Positions 11,461-23,122 of a DNA stretch of 64,000 nucleotides are shown one piece after another. The notes beneath the pieces were generated by a model. The model had not been told where the DNA came from and did not search any database. It saw only the letters and a program-made list of their open reading frames with translations. A program made the position numbers and the translations under genes. The stretch lies in NCBI GenBank assembly GCA_002633005.1, contig NMRA01000247.1:458350-522349 (forward strand). The letters run 5' to 3'. Within the stretch, counting starts at the first letter, position 1; each line of letters begins with the position of its first letter. The DNA is from Phoronis australis. Its lineage: Eukaryota > Animalia > Phoronida.

Positions 11461-14287
11461 AAGCCGCATCTCATTTACCCAGTCGTAAATAATATCAAAA
11501 AACACAATTTTCTTAGGAAAAGCCAATTGACTACAAAAGTCCAGGGATCGTGATTTTCAAAATCACAGGCACAATACAACCAAAGATTTTATAAGTATGT
11601 TATGTGAAGGTGAAAATAAGAAAAGTATTTATAATTAGAATTACAACACCTGTACACCTAAAACATACCTTATATTTTCAACCAATTGTTTTTAGATTTC
11701 CATTAGTAAGAAAATAACAAAGGATCAGAAATAAATCTTGCAATTAACCACATTATTCCATGCACAAAAAACATGCAAAACACAAAGGCAACAACTTAAT
11801 TTCCTGAAGGAGATTGTCATCCAAAAATTAGTTTTATGTAAAAAATAAAAACTAACAATATTTGAAAACTTAATACCATACCCTGAAGAAAGTTTTATAA
11901 AAGACAAGAACAACAATTTATTATGATAAATTTTAGAAAAAACATATGGAAGTTGGTAATCAAGCCAGCTGATAAATACTCATTAAATAGTATTCTTAGA
12001 AGTTGATCAGTACAAATGAAGTGATAATTTGGAGTGAAGATGATATCACGGTCATTAATGAAAGTCGCAAGATTATTATTCCCGAGGGATAGTGTCCTTC
12101 AGTTGGTGATTATGTGAACATGTAATGTTTTTGATATTAAATCTGACAGTTAATGAGCGGTCATTTGCCACAATGTAAGGACTTAATAGACAGCGTTGGG
12201 TTAACGACTAGCATAGAACACGGCTTATTTAGCTGTTTAAAGCCAAGGCCAGCGTCTGTAAAGGTTGTTGTGCAATTTTCTGACTAATATGAAATAATAA
12301 AGAGCGTTCTGATCAACTTGTCTGATTTGCAGGCAGAATGATGAAGTTATTAGTGGGAGCACTTTTAACCATTTCTTAGTGATATGTGTGGTCGATTTGA
12401 TGTCACTGCGGTTGACTGGAAGAATGATGTGGTCTATTCATTGGAACTAACTGATGCGTCAATGGCAACTGGGACAGATATGAATGTGAACATTTATTTC
12501 CTGCTGAGAAAGTAACAAGTTTATTATGCATCCGGATGAGGTTCCTGTGATATTAGTTTGTACGCATAACCATTCGTGACACCGTGACGTGTTTTACTTT
12601 TTACATAATTCCAAATGTTTGAAAATACCTTCATATCTTTCATTATTTATTTCATATTAAGGCAAACGAGGATTCTTAATAACTCTAAATTACGAAAGAC
12701 AGCTTTGTGGGAAAAAAATTCATAAAGAACATTCCCACAAATTTAAATCTTATTAATAAAAATTTATTAGTGAGCAAATACTCTTGTATGCTTTAAGATC
12801 AGACAAAAATGAATGAAAATGATTCTGGACAACTAGAATATTAAACTTTATCTCAGCCTAAAAGGTTTACCTTAGTTTACAACTATAACCCTTGGCTGCA
12901 GGAGTTGAATGCATTTGTTGGCCAGATGAGGACAACTATCCAATCGATGACAATTTAATCTTGGCTAACAACGATTTTTATTGATCTACATTAAGGGCAT
13001 AATAAGTGGAAATCAGCAGATTAGATGAAATCTTTCACAATGTTGCATAATGTACTCAGGGCAGCGAGGACAGATTATTTATTAAGTTGAGGCCACAGAT
13101 TGGAGCTGATTGAATTCACCTAAATACCGAATGATAATATTAAAAATTTGCAAACTACTTGGTTAGGGTAAAACTTCCTGTTGTAGCTTTGAAAAAAGTC
13201 GACAAAGAACACTGAGATTTGGCAGGTGTTGGCTAACAAGTTACGCAGAAAATCATAAAAAATTAATTGTGAATTGTTGAATTATTTTTAGAAAATTCTC
13301 ACCTAGTAGTTCCATAGACTTTTCGATGAGAAGACATCAATCAGTATAGAAACCAAAACTATTGTATTTTTAGGGCATCAAAACTGACAGAAGAATGTGA
13401 ATTTTTGACACAAAAATGTTCTTTGTTGATTAATTTGATTAAAAATCATTAAACAATTCCAAAGAAAAACAGCATTTAGTGTTTCAATGTAGTCTTGACT
13501 ATTATATTTTCAAAAAATTGAGATATTTTTTAAATATCCATCAGCTGTCATGATTATTTTCAAAACATCATTTAACTTACTTTAAACTTTAATTGGTAAA
13601 TCAGAATACATAAAACATAACTAAGTAATGTAATTAAATATGCACTGTTCTACAATTAGTTTATCATTACTTGTTTGAAACCACAATACATCTGTCCAAG
13701 TTAATGCCCAAGTTCTGACATAAATATCACCCTCCATTTTTCCTTTTTCCGTTTTGAATGCCTATCTCAATTTTTCAAAAAACAATCATTTTACAAACTG
13801 TCAATGCTTGGCTCAATACCCCATAAGCTCCAATGTCCAGCTCAACTTTCAAGTTTCTCAGTTTAAACTCCCAGAACAAACATGAGAAATTGCATAAAAC
13901 AGAGATTGTGATAATCTTATTTAATTAATATTAAATCACTGCACTGAAATATTGGTTGGGGGTCACTTGAACAACAACAGAGGGTCATTAGGCAAATGAG
14001 TTGAGAGTGTTGTCCTCGCGTATGGCTGAGAAATCAAACAAAATAGACTTGTTTAATGAGAAAATACAGTTAACTTCTAAGCCAATTAGCAATCATGGTT
14101 TCTGTAATTTTCTATGTCAAAGGTCAAACCTAGAACTGGGAATCTAAGGTGAAGAAGTATCAAATAACCCCAAGAAACCTGAGACTTGTGTTGAAGTCTT
14201 TATCAATAAAGAAAATAATGATTTTATGTTCAAGAATGTTGACATCTACAGACATTATATAGTCACTTAAGGACTTAAAAGTCTTAA

Positions 14288-14925
14288 GGCTTGTTCACGC
14301 GACTCTTTTGTGCGGAAAATTTTGCGAAATATTGTGCGGAATCGGGATTGCAGAAAAAAATTATCACGGCAATGCAGAAATACAGCAATCCCAGTTTCAC
14401 AAAATTTTGCAGAATTTATTTCGAAAAACACTCTAGATGCTGTGACATTTGTTTACACACATACTCGACACAAACTGGAAAATTAACGATACATTTATCA
14501 CACGGCGCCCCACGTACAAGAATTCCTGCTTTATTTCCAAATTCTCGAAATCTCTGTTGTCTTGCTATAAAAATTGGTTTATGTAAAATGTGGTCTGACG
14601 CAGAGACGTGGTTACACATTGGCTTGTGGCAAGAAGCCACAGTGGATGGCCAGCCATCTGGGATGATGAAGGACGGAACAGCTTTCGAATCAGGAACGAA
14701 CTTGAGATAACAAAACAAAATTCAGTTCTGTTCAATCACTTGATGTGTTACGAGTCCTTGTAAATAGCTGCCTTTGTGTCAGCGGCGCATTCTTTTCCTT
14801 CCGTTGGCATTTTCAGTTAATAGAACTTGCGTAATTGACAAGAGTCCCATGAATGCTCGTGGATTGCGGAAATTTTGGCGAAATGGAATTGCATATTTTG
14901 TCTGCAAAGCTGGCACAAAGAGCAT
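14288..14925 (+). mobile_element. Harbinger-like element fragment (TAA|GGCTTGTTCACGC left end)
   Basis: TIR-like start after TAA; repeated TGCGGAA motifs; CpG-rich relative to flanks; right terminus absent. Confidence 0.4.
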
Positions 14926-15070
14926 GCACACACACACACACACCAGGTCTTTATGCAGAGTACATCCTGGGCTTCCAAATGGACGCCCTAGCACTAATAT
15001 GGACGCTCTGGCAATGACGCCCAATGTATCATTTGGACGCCCACTGTCAATAGGAACCTTTCAAGTTCGG

Positions 15071-15157
15071 ACACACAGACACACAGACACAGACACACAC
15101 ACAGACACACACACACACACACACACACACACGAACACGAACACATACACACACACA
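15071..15157 (+). repeat. Compound (CA)n/(CAGACA)n microsatellite
   Basis: Read directly. Confidence 0.95.
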
Positions 15158-16609
15158 TCCGATAACTAGGGTAAGGCATAAGTTGTCGCTCTGTGCCTGA
15201 CAATGAACACCCACGCCTCGCAAAAGAAAACCCGTCTATATGCAGCTAGTAATTACATCCGCCTTGCCCCAAGTTTGCAGTCACACAGCAATTAGAATTG
15301 GCACAAGTTACTCTAGAACAATTTACCCCACCTTGATAAGATGGAGTGTCACACAGCCCCCAAACCAAGAGACAACTCGTTCCCGGAGTAACTTGTTATA
15401 GGGTAAGTCTCTGTGTGGACAGCACTTATGAAGGATTCTTGTGTTTGTGTAAATCCTCTGAAAATCAATTGCACTTTGTCCTTAAATGTCCTTAACAGCT
15501 GCAGATGTTCACTCAAGGTCAATACCCAGCGGATAGTCCATTTTTGAGACATTCGCAGGCATAACTTGTTTGACTTGTAGAAGAGCAGCTTACCTAAGAA
15601 ATCTTTTATATTACTTCAGAAACCATTCTCTCCAAAATTCCATACACTATCCATTCTAAACATTTTATCACCTTCAAATTTCCACTCATTCCATATGTCT
15701 TGTTACCATGGCAATATAACTGGGTCATGTGATTAACACTAGGTTATGTAACATTAAAAATAAACTTCAACCTGTTCAACATTTACTTTTGTAGTTAAAC
15801 ACAAAATGTTTCCTAACTTAAGTTTAAAAAATGTTATAAAAAAGGCAAAGTTACGGTGAATTAATTTCTTGAATCCCAACTAACAGATTTTTATGAATGC
15901 AACAAGATTACAGCAACACTTCATAGAAAAAGGAATTCATCAAAATTTTGTATTATGTACTTTAAAACTAACTTGTCCCGTGAGTTTGCATATAATCATT
16001 TCCTAAATTCTTTATTGTTAAAGAAAACTTTTATCATTTTATGGAAATATGAATTTTGAAAACACAAATCTTTTAAAAAATAACTTGAAATACGAGATGA
16101 ACCACAAATATCAAGCAGTAACTATAATTATCCTGACTTCCCCTCATATAACTTTGAACTCTACTATTTCTACATAACATTGTCTGCTTCAAGTAACAAT
16201 CGCTTAAATCGTTAATGTGAAGATCCCTCCAACGAAGTTAACGAGATTTTGATCTAACTGGCATAAAATGAGTGTAGCCAATCGAACAAACGATTTGGGT
16301 AATTAAATCTAATTAAATCGAGCATTACGTCACTATATGGTTGCTAAGGTATGATTGAATAACATTAAGCAATGGAATCTGATAGTGATTGGGACAGACC
16401 TTTCTGTTTGTTCATGCGAGAGTAATATGTGTGAATAAAGCGATAAACACTAAGGAGACGACACAGAGGAGTGCCTTCATTACTGAACACGATTTCTTTG
16501 AATTCACGCAAATCAATATCAATAAAAATTGGTCAGTAATCAGATTGGAGCCAGTACTGTAATGACGATACATGGAAAAATCTCACTGATTTCGGACAAA
16601 AACAATTGC

Positions 16610-16800
16610 CACAATTGATTTCTTCATTTCTCAAAAGTATCTTACACTGTTGTGAATGTCCAGAATTTGTCAACATTGTCAGATGGTGGCTATGGTAAAC
16701 AACAGATAAATTGCGAAGTATTTATTTTGTGCTAATAATCTTTTATAAAAAATAGAAAATAACAGTTTCACTTGTTTGCCATATTGAGTCTTAAATCGGT
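16610..16800 (+). repeat. Interspersed repeat family B (other copies at about 18790-18990, 35880-36000 plus 36650-36720, 57820-57910, and inverted at 29230-29410)
   Basis: Shared blocks GTTGTGAATG(T/C)C...TTTTC(G/A)AAA and TTTCACYTGTYTGCCATATTGWGTCTTAAAT. Confidence 0.6.
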
Positions 16801-19384
16801 AAGAGTTACCGTAGTTCGTTTCATTTTCATAGTAGTACATACGCACATAACTTTTTAATGACTTGTTTTATTTATCATAATTCTTATTTACAGTTCACTT
16901 TGCCTCATTTTTCAGGTACTAAAAATTCAAAGAAATTATTTCCTTAGGCATCACCATAATGATTATCACCAACAAGAACACATAAATCACAGTCCCTTAT
17001 GAAGTTGCTAATTTTTATTTTCAATTGCCTAAAATTCACTAAAAGTTGAAATCAGCGTCACTCAATTGTGCTGTCCATTTTGTTGATGTGCAATTAGAAA
17101 TTCTTAAATTACAAATAAAAATTATCAATTTAATTTTATTGTTTATTTCCAAATTTGATATCTTACTAGAACACAAATTAATGTTAAAACTATTTTCCAT
17201 GTGTACAACTAAATGAAGAAGACAGAGTATCTTTAATTAACATTGCTTTAAGTCAGTTGTCAATTTTGAATCAAAAGAAATCTTCAGAAGGAATGCAAGG
17301 TCTGTGGTGGCTAAAATCTTGAAAATGTTTTCATAACTTTTACTTTTTCACCTATATACTAGGGCATTTTTTATTTTATCACATTTCAAACCATTTATGA
17401 CTCAGTTTTTTCTACTAGTAGTTTTATCATTATAGATATTTTTTGCATTTTTAGGATTTAAGTACATCTTGGAAAATTGGATTTTTTTGGACGATTTCTC
17501 TGTACCTAATAGATGAACTTTTCCAATATATTTTTGTAATTCAATTTGGTGCACCTAAATTGTGACTAGACACAATGAGAATACCAGGTAAATGTAGTAA
17601 AAAGTTTGTTCAAAGCAAAAAGTTGCATTTATTTTTTTCCAAGCAGATTTTTCACAGCTTTCCAACAGTCAAGTGATCCAATAGTGTTTCCCGGAGTGCA
17701 AAGGATGATAAATTCCTGATTTACCTTCAACCAACAAGGTAGATTACCCAAGGACAATTATTCATGAAAGGTGAGAAATGCTACAAACAACACACCAGTT
17801 GACTAAGAAAAGTGAAGAAAACATGACAGATAGCATTCACAATTATCACAAGTTTTACCTTGTGTGTACCCCTCACAGAAAGCGTACACAATGTTGACAA
17901 TAATATTTGTCAGCATTTTTTTAATGTCTGCAAGTTTCATTATGCTTTAAATTTCAGTGTTTGTGTTCAAATGTTTAAATGATTCTCTGTGAACTATTAG
18001 CATACTGGTACGGTACACCACCCTCTTTCTGCTTATTGCCCACCCCCTGAAAATTCCAAATTTTAGCTCTTAAGCACCCATGCTTGGCATACCCACTCAA
18101 CTTCAATTTATACTACTGAGACTTCAAGAGCCTGAGTCTTGGTGAATGCCCATCACATCAGAACACTGAGCACACACCTCACTTACCTTTGAGTAGCAGA
18201 TGGCCAGGGCCAGTTTCAGTGGAACATAAAAAAATGTCTCATTTGAGTAGAAAATACCCATCCTCTCCTGCTCTTTATTGAAGGAGGTATGAAATGATTC
18301 TTTTGGCACATGTGCGTTCTAATCTACCTCATCGATCATAAGATTGAGCCAAAAAAGCATAAAACCCTGAGCATGATTAGAGTGCAAGCAGCACATGGCC
18401 AGTTTATTAGGTGTGGGTAATGGTTGCATTGGAATATTTAAAATATTTGTTGCATAAAAAGCTAGGTTACGCGCTACTGATCTACTGTGCGCAATCACCC
18501 CATCCTAGAAAATAAGCTTACATGACTGTAATCTGGCAATGCTTTAGTTTCCTTTTGTCCATGAAAACCGACGTTAATATAGCTCCTTCAGCGTTAACCC
18601 AATCGACTGTTCCAATAAGTGCCCTACTCGACTTCTCAGAAATTTTGTTTTTAAGTGTCCATGCTCGACCTAATGCACACCCCGATTTTAAGCTCCCGTT
18701 AGGTTACCCAGAAGATTATGCAGCGACACGGAATCGCTCAATTTTGCATTCTCACATTGTCACTTTTATGCCACAGCAGAATCTCACCAAATAATTGACA
18801 AAATTACATTTAATTCATTCTTCAATGGATTCTAACATTGTTGTGAATGGTCACGACTTTTCAAAATAGTGCGTTGGTCTGTAGGTAGCTACATTGCATC
18901 ACCATTTTGGCACTATATGTCATTTATAAGAAAAATGAGAAAAGAAAATTTCACCTGTCTGCCATATTGTGTATTAAATTGATTAGATTTTATTGAAACA
19001 GCAAACCGTGGAACGGAACTGTCCATCAACCAAACATTTTTAAAATTTCAAGCATTTAAAAACTATGTGAGATGAATATTGAGACAAGTTGCCTGCAGGT
19101 AAATATTTTAGTGCACCGTCTGAATAAATTTTAGAAGTTATAGCAACATGTGCTTGACACACCCTGTATAGAAATATGGACATGGGAAAATAACCTCTTG
19201 TCATTGTCATTGGTGGCTGTGGAGCCCAAACAGATAAACCATCTGTTGATTAAGACAATGCATTCACATGGCAGTAATAACAACTTTGAAGTTTTGGTTG
19301 GAGTTTTCTTTATGTTTACTGAAGTAGTTTATACAGCAACAACAAAACTGTTTTAATGGATTTACAAGTTGACCTAGGTCTGCC

Positions 19385-19483
19385 ACAAAGTAACAGCACA
19401 GTATTGCTGATTTGACAACAAAGTAACAGCACAGTATTGCTGATTTGACAACAAAGTAACAGCACAGTATTGCTGATTTGACA
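19385..19483 (+). repeat. Perfect tandem repeat, 3 x 33 bp (ACAAAGTAACAGCACAGTATTGCTGATTTGACA)
   Basis: Read directly. Confidence 0.95.
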
Positions 19484-20028
19484 TTTCTTCTCAAGAAGAG
19501 TTACATGCTGGAGGAATTTATAAAAGCAAAATTTATACAAATGCGCCACTTTCAATGAGCATTTGTTTCTTTTTAACTGTTTTCATTCGTGTTTTGGGTC
19601 GGAACCCTTAGTTTTATTTTTTCAACATGGCAAGTTAGCATTCCTAATTAAGCCTGTTTTTTTTTGAAAATCTGGCCGTGGTACGTCATTTTTTCGTTGC
19701 TCGCAAATGTTCAACAAAAAAAAAATACCAGATTTACTTATGTACCTTTGTATAGTTTTTCAAAAAAAAAACATAACCTTGGCTGAAATTGATACAGACA
19801 CTCGTTTTTTTCAGTCGGTGAGCGCAAGTGTAAAACATGAATTGGGTACAGACCCAGCTATGCTTTCTTTTGGCCTTCCACAGAGTAAATGAGTAAACTG
19901 AATGGAGTGAATTGATGGCTTCAACTGCAAGATTTGCAGCCGATATCTGGAATTACTTCAGTTTGCTTTTATCGCTTGACCTGATTAGCGTTACGCAGGT
20001 TCTTTGTAAAAAACTACACTACTTGCTC

Positions 20029-20142
20029 AGGGCAATAGTTGGATGCAACGTGCCCACATTTTGAGAACCAGTTTGATGCTCATTGTTCAGTAGAGAAAGC
20101 TGGTTCTCAAAATGCAGACAGATTATATCCAACAATTACCCT
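20029..20142. repeat. ~114-bp imperfect hairpin
   Basis: CATTTTGAGAACCAG / CTGGTTCTCAAAATG pair perfectly; outer arms pair with mismatches; loop of about 22 nt. Confidence 0.8.
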
Positions 20143-20216
20143 TGTCTAGGTTAACGCCCATGTCCAACTTAAAACCCTAAAATTCTGAACGTTAACTTAT
20201 AACTGACCACAACTGA

Positions 20217-20400
20217 GGAAGCAGTGTGGCCTACTGGGATAAGAGTCTTTCACCTTTACTCAAGGTCATAGGTTTGAGTTCCACTGGAGTGCACCTTGGC
20301 CCTTGAGTCTCTAGCTCCTCAGCTCAGTTTAACTATATACGTATTATTAAAGCATAAAAATGGTTCCTGATGCAATGGGCTCACCTAAGCGGCCTGCACA
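20217..20400 (+). mobile_element. tRNA-derived SINE, decayed
   Basis: A-box-like TGGCCTACTGG (20227) and B-box-like GGTTTGAGTTCC (20271) at tRNA spacing, no intact cloverleaf, followed by a GTGCACCTTGG...AAATGGTTCCTG SINE-core-like tail. Confidence 0.55.
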
Positions 20401-20529
20401 CATCTGGTAGTGCAATGTGTACCAGACCACCTGCATTTATTTTGTCATAACTAACCATGAACCATCCAGGAATGTTCATGATATTAAAATTGAAACTGGT
20501 CTGCTGGATTACCTTCTTTTTAGTGAGTT

Positions 20530-20950
20530 GCGGTCAGTATTAACAGTTAACTTTGGTCATGGATCAAAGTTAACAGCGCCAGTTAACTTTGCAGTAAACA
20601 AGTGGATTTAACAGTGGAGCATCGACGCTGCGGTGCAGTATGAACAGTCAACTTTGGTCCCATCGAAGTTATCGCCAGGGGCCACTGTTATATGGTCAAC
20701 AATTGCAGGGCAGTGTCATCTCTAATAGTTGCTTACATTTCACGTGAATTAGCAAATGTAAATGTTCTCAAATTGTCACATTAAAAAAATCTTAGCGTGC
20801 ACGCGATGCATCAGCGCTACCTTGCAATAACCTCGATGACAACAGCGTCACCTACCGTTTCCTTCAATGTCCGTTCACTACCGAAGCCGGTATGAACAGT
20901 TCAGTTAACTTCACAGTTTACACTGGAGTTAGATCAGTATGAAAGCGCCT
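20530..20950. mobile_element. Harbinger-like MITE fragment (right end CAGTATGAAAGCGCCT)
   Basis: Repeated (C/G)(A/G)GTAT(G/T)AACAGT and GTTAACTT subterminal motifs ending in a GGCGCTTTCATAC-type terminus on the reverse strand. Left end not seen. Confidence 0.45.
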
Positions 20951-21838
20951 TTGCACTTAAGTCCGACATAAATGTAGATCCCTGGACATTTATCCAAATT
21001 GACCGCTGTGATAAACGCCCAACCACCGTACTTTTCGGTTGTAATCCGGAGGAGTGCAGTAATTACTTCAGAGAGTTGTCAACATGAGAAAGGCCTCTTA
21101 TGGGTGTAAAATGTAATAATTAAATAAAAACGTTTAAATAGATTTTGCTTCCCAATATTATCCAATGATGAACTCATGGTTAACATTTGCTACCACCAAT
21201 TGTTGTTTAATTAAACTGCTGATACGCGATACCATCCGATGTTTGTCATTCACACATCTAAAAGTGTTTCTGAGAGGCAATAAAACCAGTTGCAGAAATC
21301 TATCAAATTACAGGCAGTGATTGCAATAGCAGACACCAGCATTAACAGGGCTGTGTTTACCTATAAAGAATGGGAATGAGATGTATATTTACATCAATTT
21401 GTGCACATTAAAAGGAATTGCCCTTTATATGGCTGCTGCCTCTGATATCTCAATCAGGGGGTACCCCAAGGTATAAATCACAAGAAAAAACAAATCCATG
21501 ATGTCACGCTTGCCCAAACATGAGTCCCTGGAATTGGGTTTATGAGATGGAATAAAATGCTGATGGGTGCAAGAATGAAAGCTGAGCTGCACATCAAAGG
21601 CTGCTGAGGCTGGTCTTTGTTTTTATTAAGCGATCATCAGCAACAATTGTCAGATGTGTCAATGGCATATTAAGACATCAGTGGTGTAGGATTTGGATGT
21701 AGTATGCTTCATTAGAGGAGGGCTGCCATTATCCTGCCAGCCATGGAAACACATGTAATTACTGAATGGCTGGTTGAACTGCTTACAATGGATACTGTCA
21801 TGAGCTAGAATGCACGCTTAGTGTTGATGGGCACGTCT

Positions 21839-21972
21839 GGGCGGCGTAGCACTGAAAAAAGTGGGGGCTGCAGCCCCCAGCCTGCCTCTGGCGAACCACC
21901 CATAAACCACGGTCGGCGTGGCACTGAAAAAAGTGGGAGGCTATAGCCCCAGCCCCCTATGGTATGCCACCC
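21839..21972 (+). repeat. Two tandem ~72-bp copies of a GC-rich mini-element (GGCGT(A/G)GCACTGAAAAAAGTGGG...GGCT.(C/T)AGCCCC)
   Basis: Direct repeat with period 72; each unit has short terminal inverted sequences. Confidence 0.7.
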
Positions 21973-23049
21973 GAAAGATAAGTCAAATTTTCTTTTAAAT
22001 ACAGTAATACTCAAACTTTGGATAGTACGATAAGTGTGCTCAGTCAATGTCACCACACACCAGCAGAGAAGACATGATATTTCATCAATTTCTGATAAAA
22101 TTAATTTCCAAAGTGCCACTTTTCAAAAACTTCTACTACCATTTCGAATATCCAGTCATTCGTGCCTGGTGGTAGCTATGATAAAGGCCTGGAATGCGAT
22201 AAAGTATTAATTTGGGGTTACGTATTTTTTTATTAAATTCAATTTCACCAGTCTGCCATACTGTATCCAACATCGATGAGATATTAAGGTGATTTATTTC
22301 TTGCAGTGTTGGTGATGTACCACTGGATCAGAGAGGTGGAGAATGCTTTGAAAAACCTGCCCTTCCAATCCCTAATCTACAAGAATTAAAGTTTTCTAGA
22401 TTCCCTTGAATCACACTGCCGGTTCATCTGCACACAATTCCTAAATGACTACTCAGAGTGTTATTTACATCGGTCGCTTGCGTAAACATCTTTTCATAGA
22501 ATACATTGGGTAAAGTAGAGAACCTAAAATTCTTTTTGAGTGAGCCTTCACATCCATTTTACACAAATTAAAAATAAAGACAGGGCCAGTTGGTTGTCTG
22601 CCATTTTTTCTTTGTTGAGTCATTCCAGTGCTAGAGGTATAAAACACATTATAAAAACAACTTAGCACTGATAATTGGTAGGCACAAGATTCATTTGAAA
22701 ACAAAAACGCAGAGGGAACAGGTTCTACGACAGGTGCGGATTTTTTTTCCACGAATGCGTGAGGAGTATGCACATGTGTTTTCAATGCCCAGTTGGGAAC
22801 TGGTTTATTTAATATTCATAAATAACAGCAATATACAAATCAAGCACTTAAAAAATGCAATCTTCAACTTGTAAAAAAATCATGTTTTGTATAAAAATTT
22901 TGATTCTCTACAATGCTCTGTAATAAAGTAATCAAAAATGAAAAGAAAAAGAAAGGAGACATGTAAAAAATATTAAAATATTTAGAAATACATGTTCTGG
23001 GAAATGTGCCACTTTGTTAGCAGTGGGGATATGGATACTGAAAACTCAC

Positions 23050-23122
23050 CTCTTTTTTGCATGTAAGAAAACAGGTCATCAAGGAACTCTTTACGCTTGG
23101 GGTCGTCACTGAGCTCATAAAG
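23050..23122 (-). CDS. ARID3: ARID3 coding exon 3 (73 nt, LYELSDDPKRKEFLDDLFSYMQKR-G), start of ARID domain
   Basis: Translated by hand; not in the ORF track. Acceptor CATTTCAG|CTT and donor AGAG|GTGAGT; phase 0/1 fits both neighbours; peptide nearly identical to the ARID3-family LYEL..DPKRKEFLDDLFSFMQKRG. Confidence 0.97.

Noticed and set aside
14291-15203. Cluster of overlapping ORFs of 69-139 aa
   Set aside because: They arise from a transposon fragment and CA microsatellites (HTHT/VCVC translations).
18180-18310. Strong minus-strand donor AAG|GTAAGT with a short ORF, a possible cassette exon
   Set aside because: No convincing acceptor, and insertion would split the conserved ARID domain; needs RNA evidence.
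19385-19483. 33-bp repeats of CRISPR-like length
   Set aside because: Directly abutting with no spacers, in a eukaryotic intron, with no cas genes.
20217-20290. Possible tRNA gene
   Set aside because: A and B boxes are degenerate and no cloverleaf forms; treated as a SINE head.
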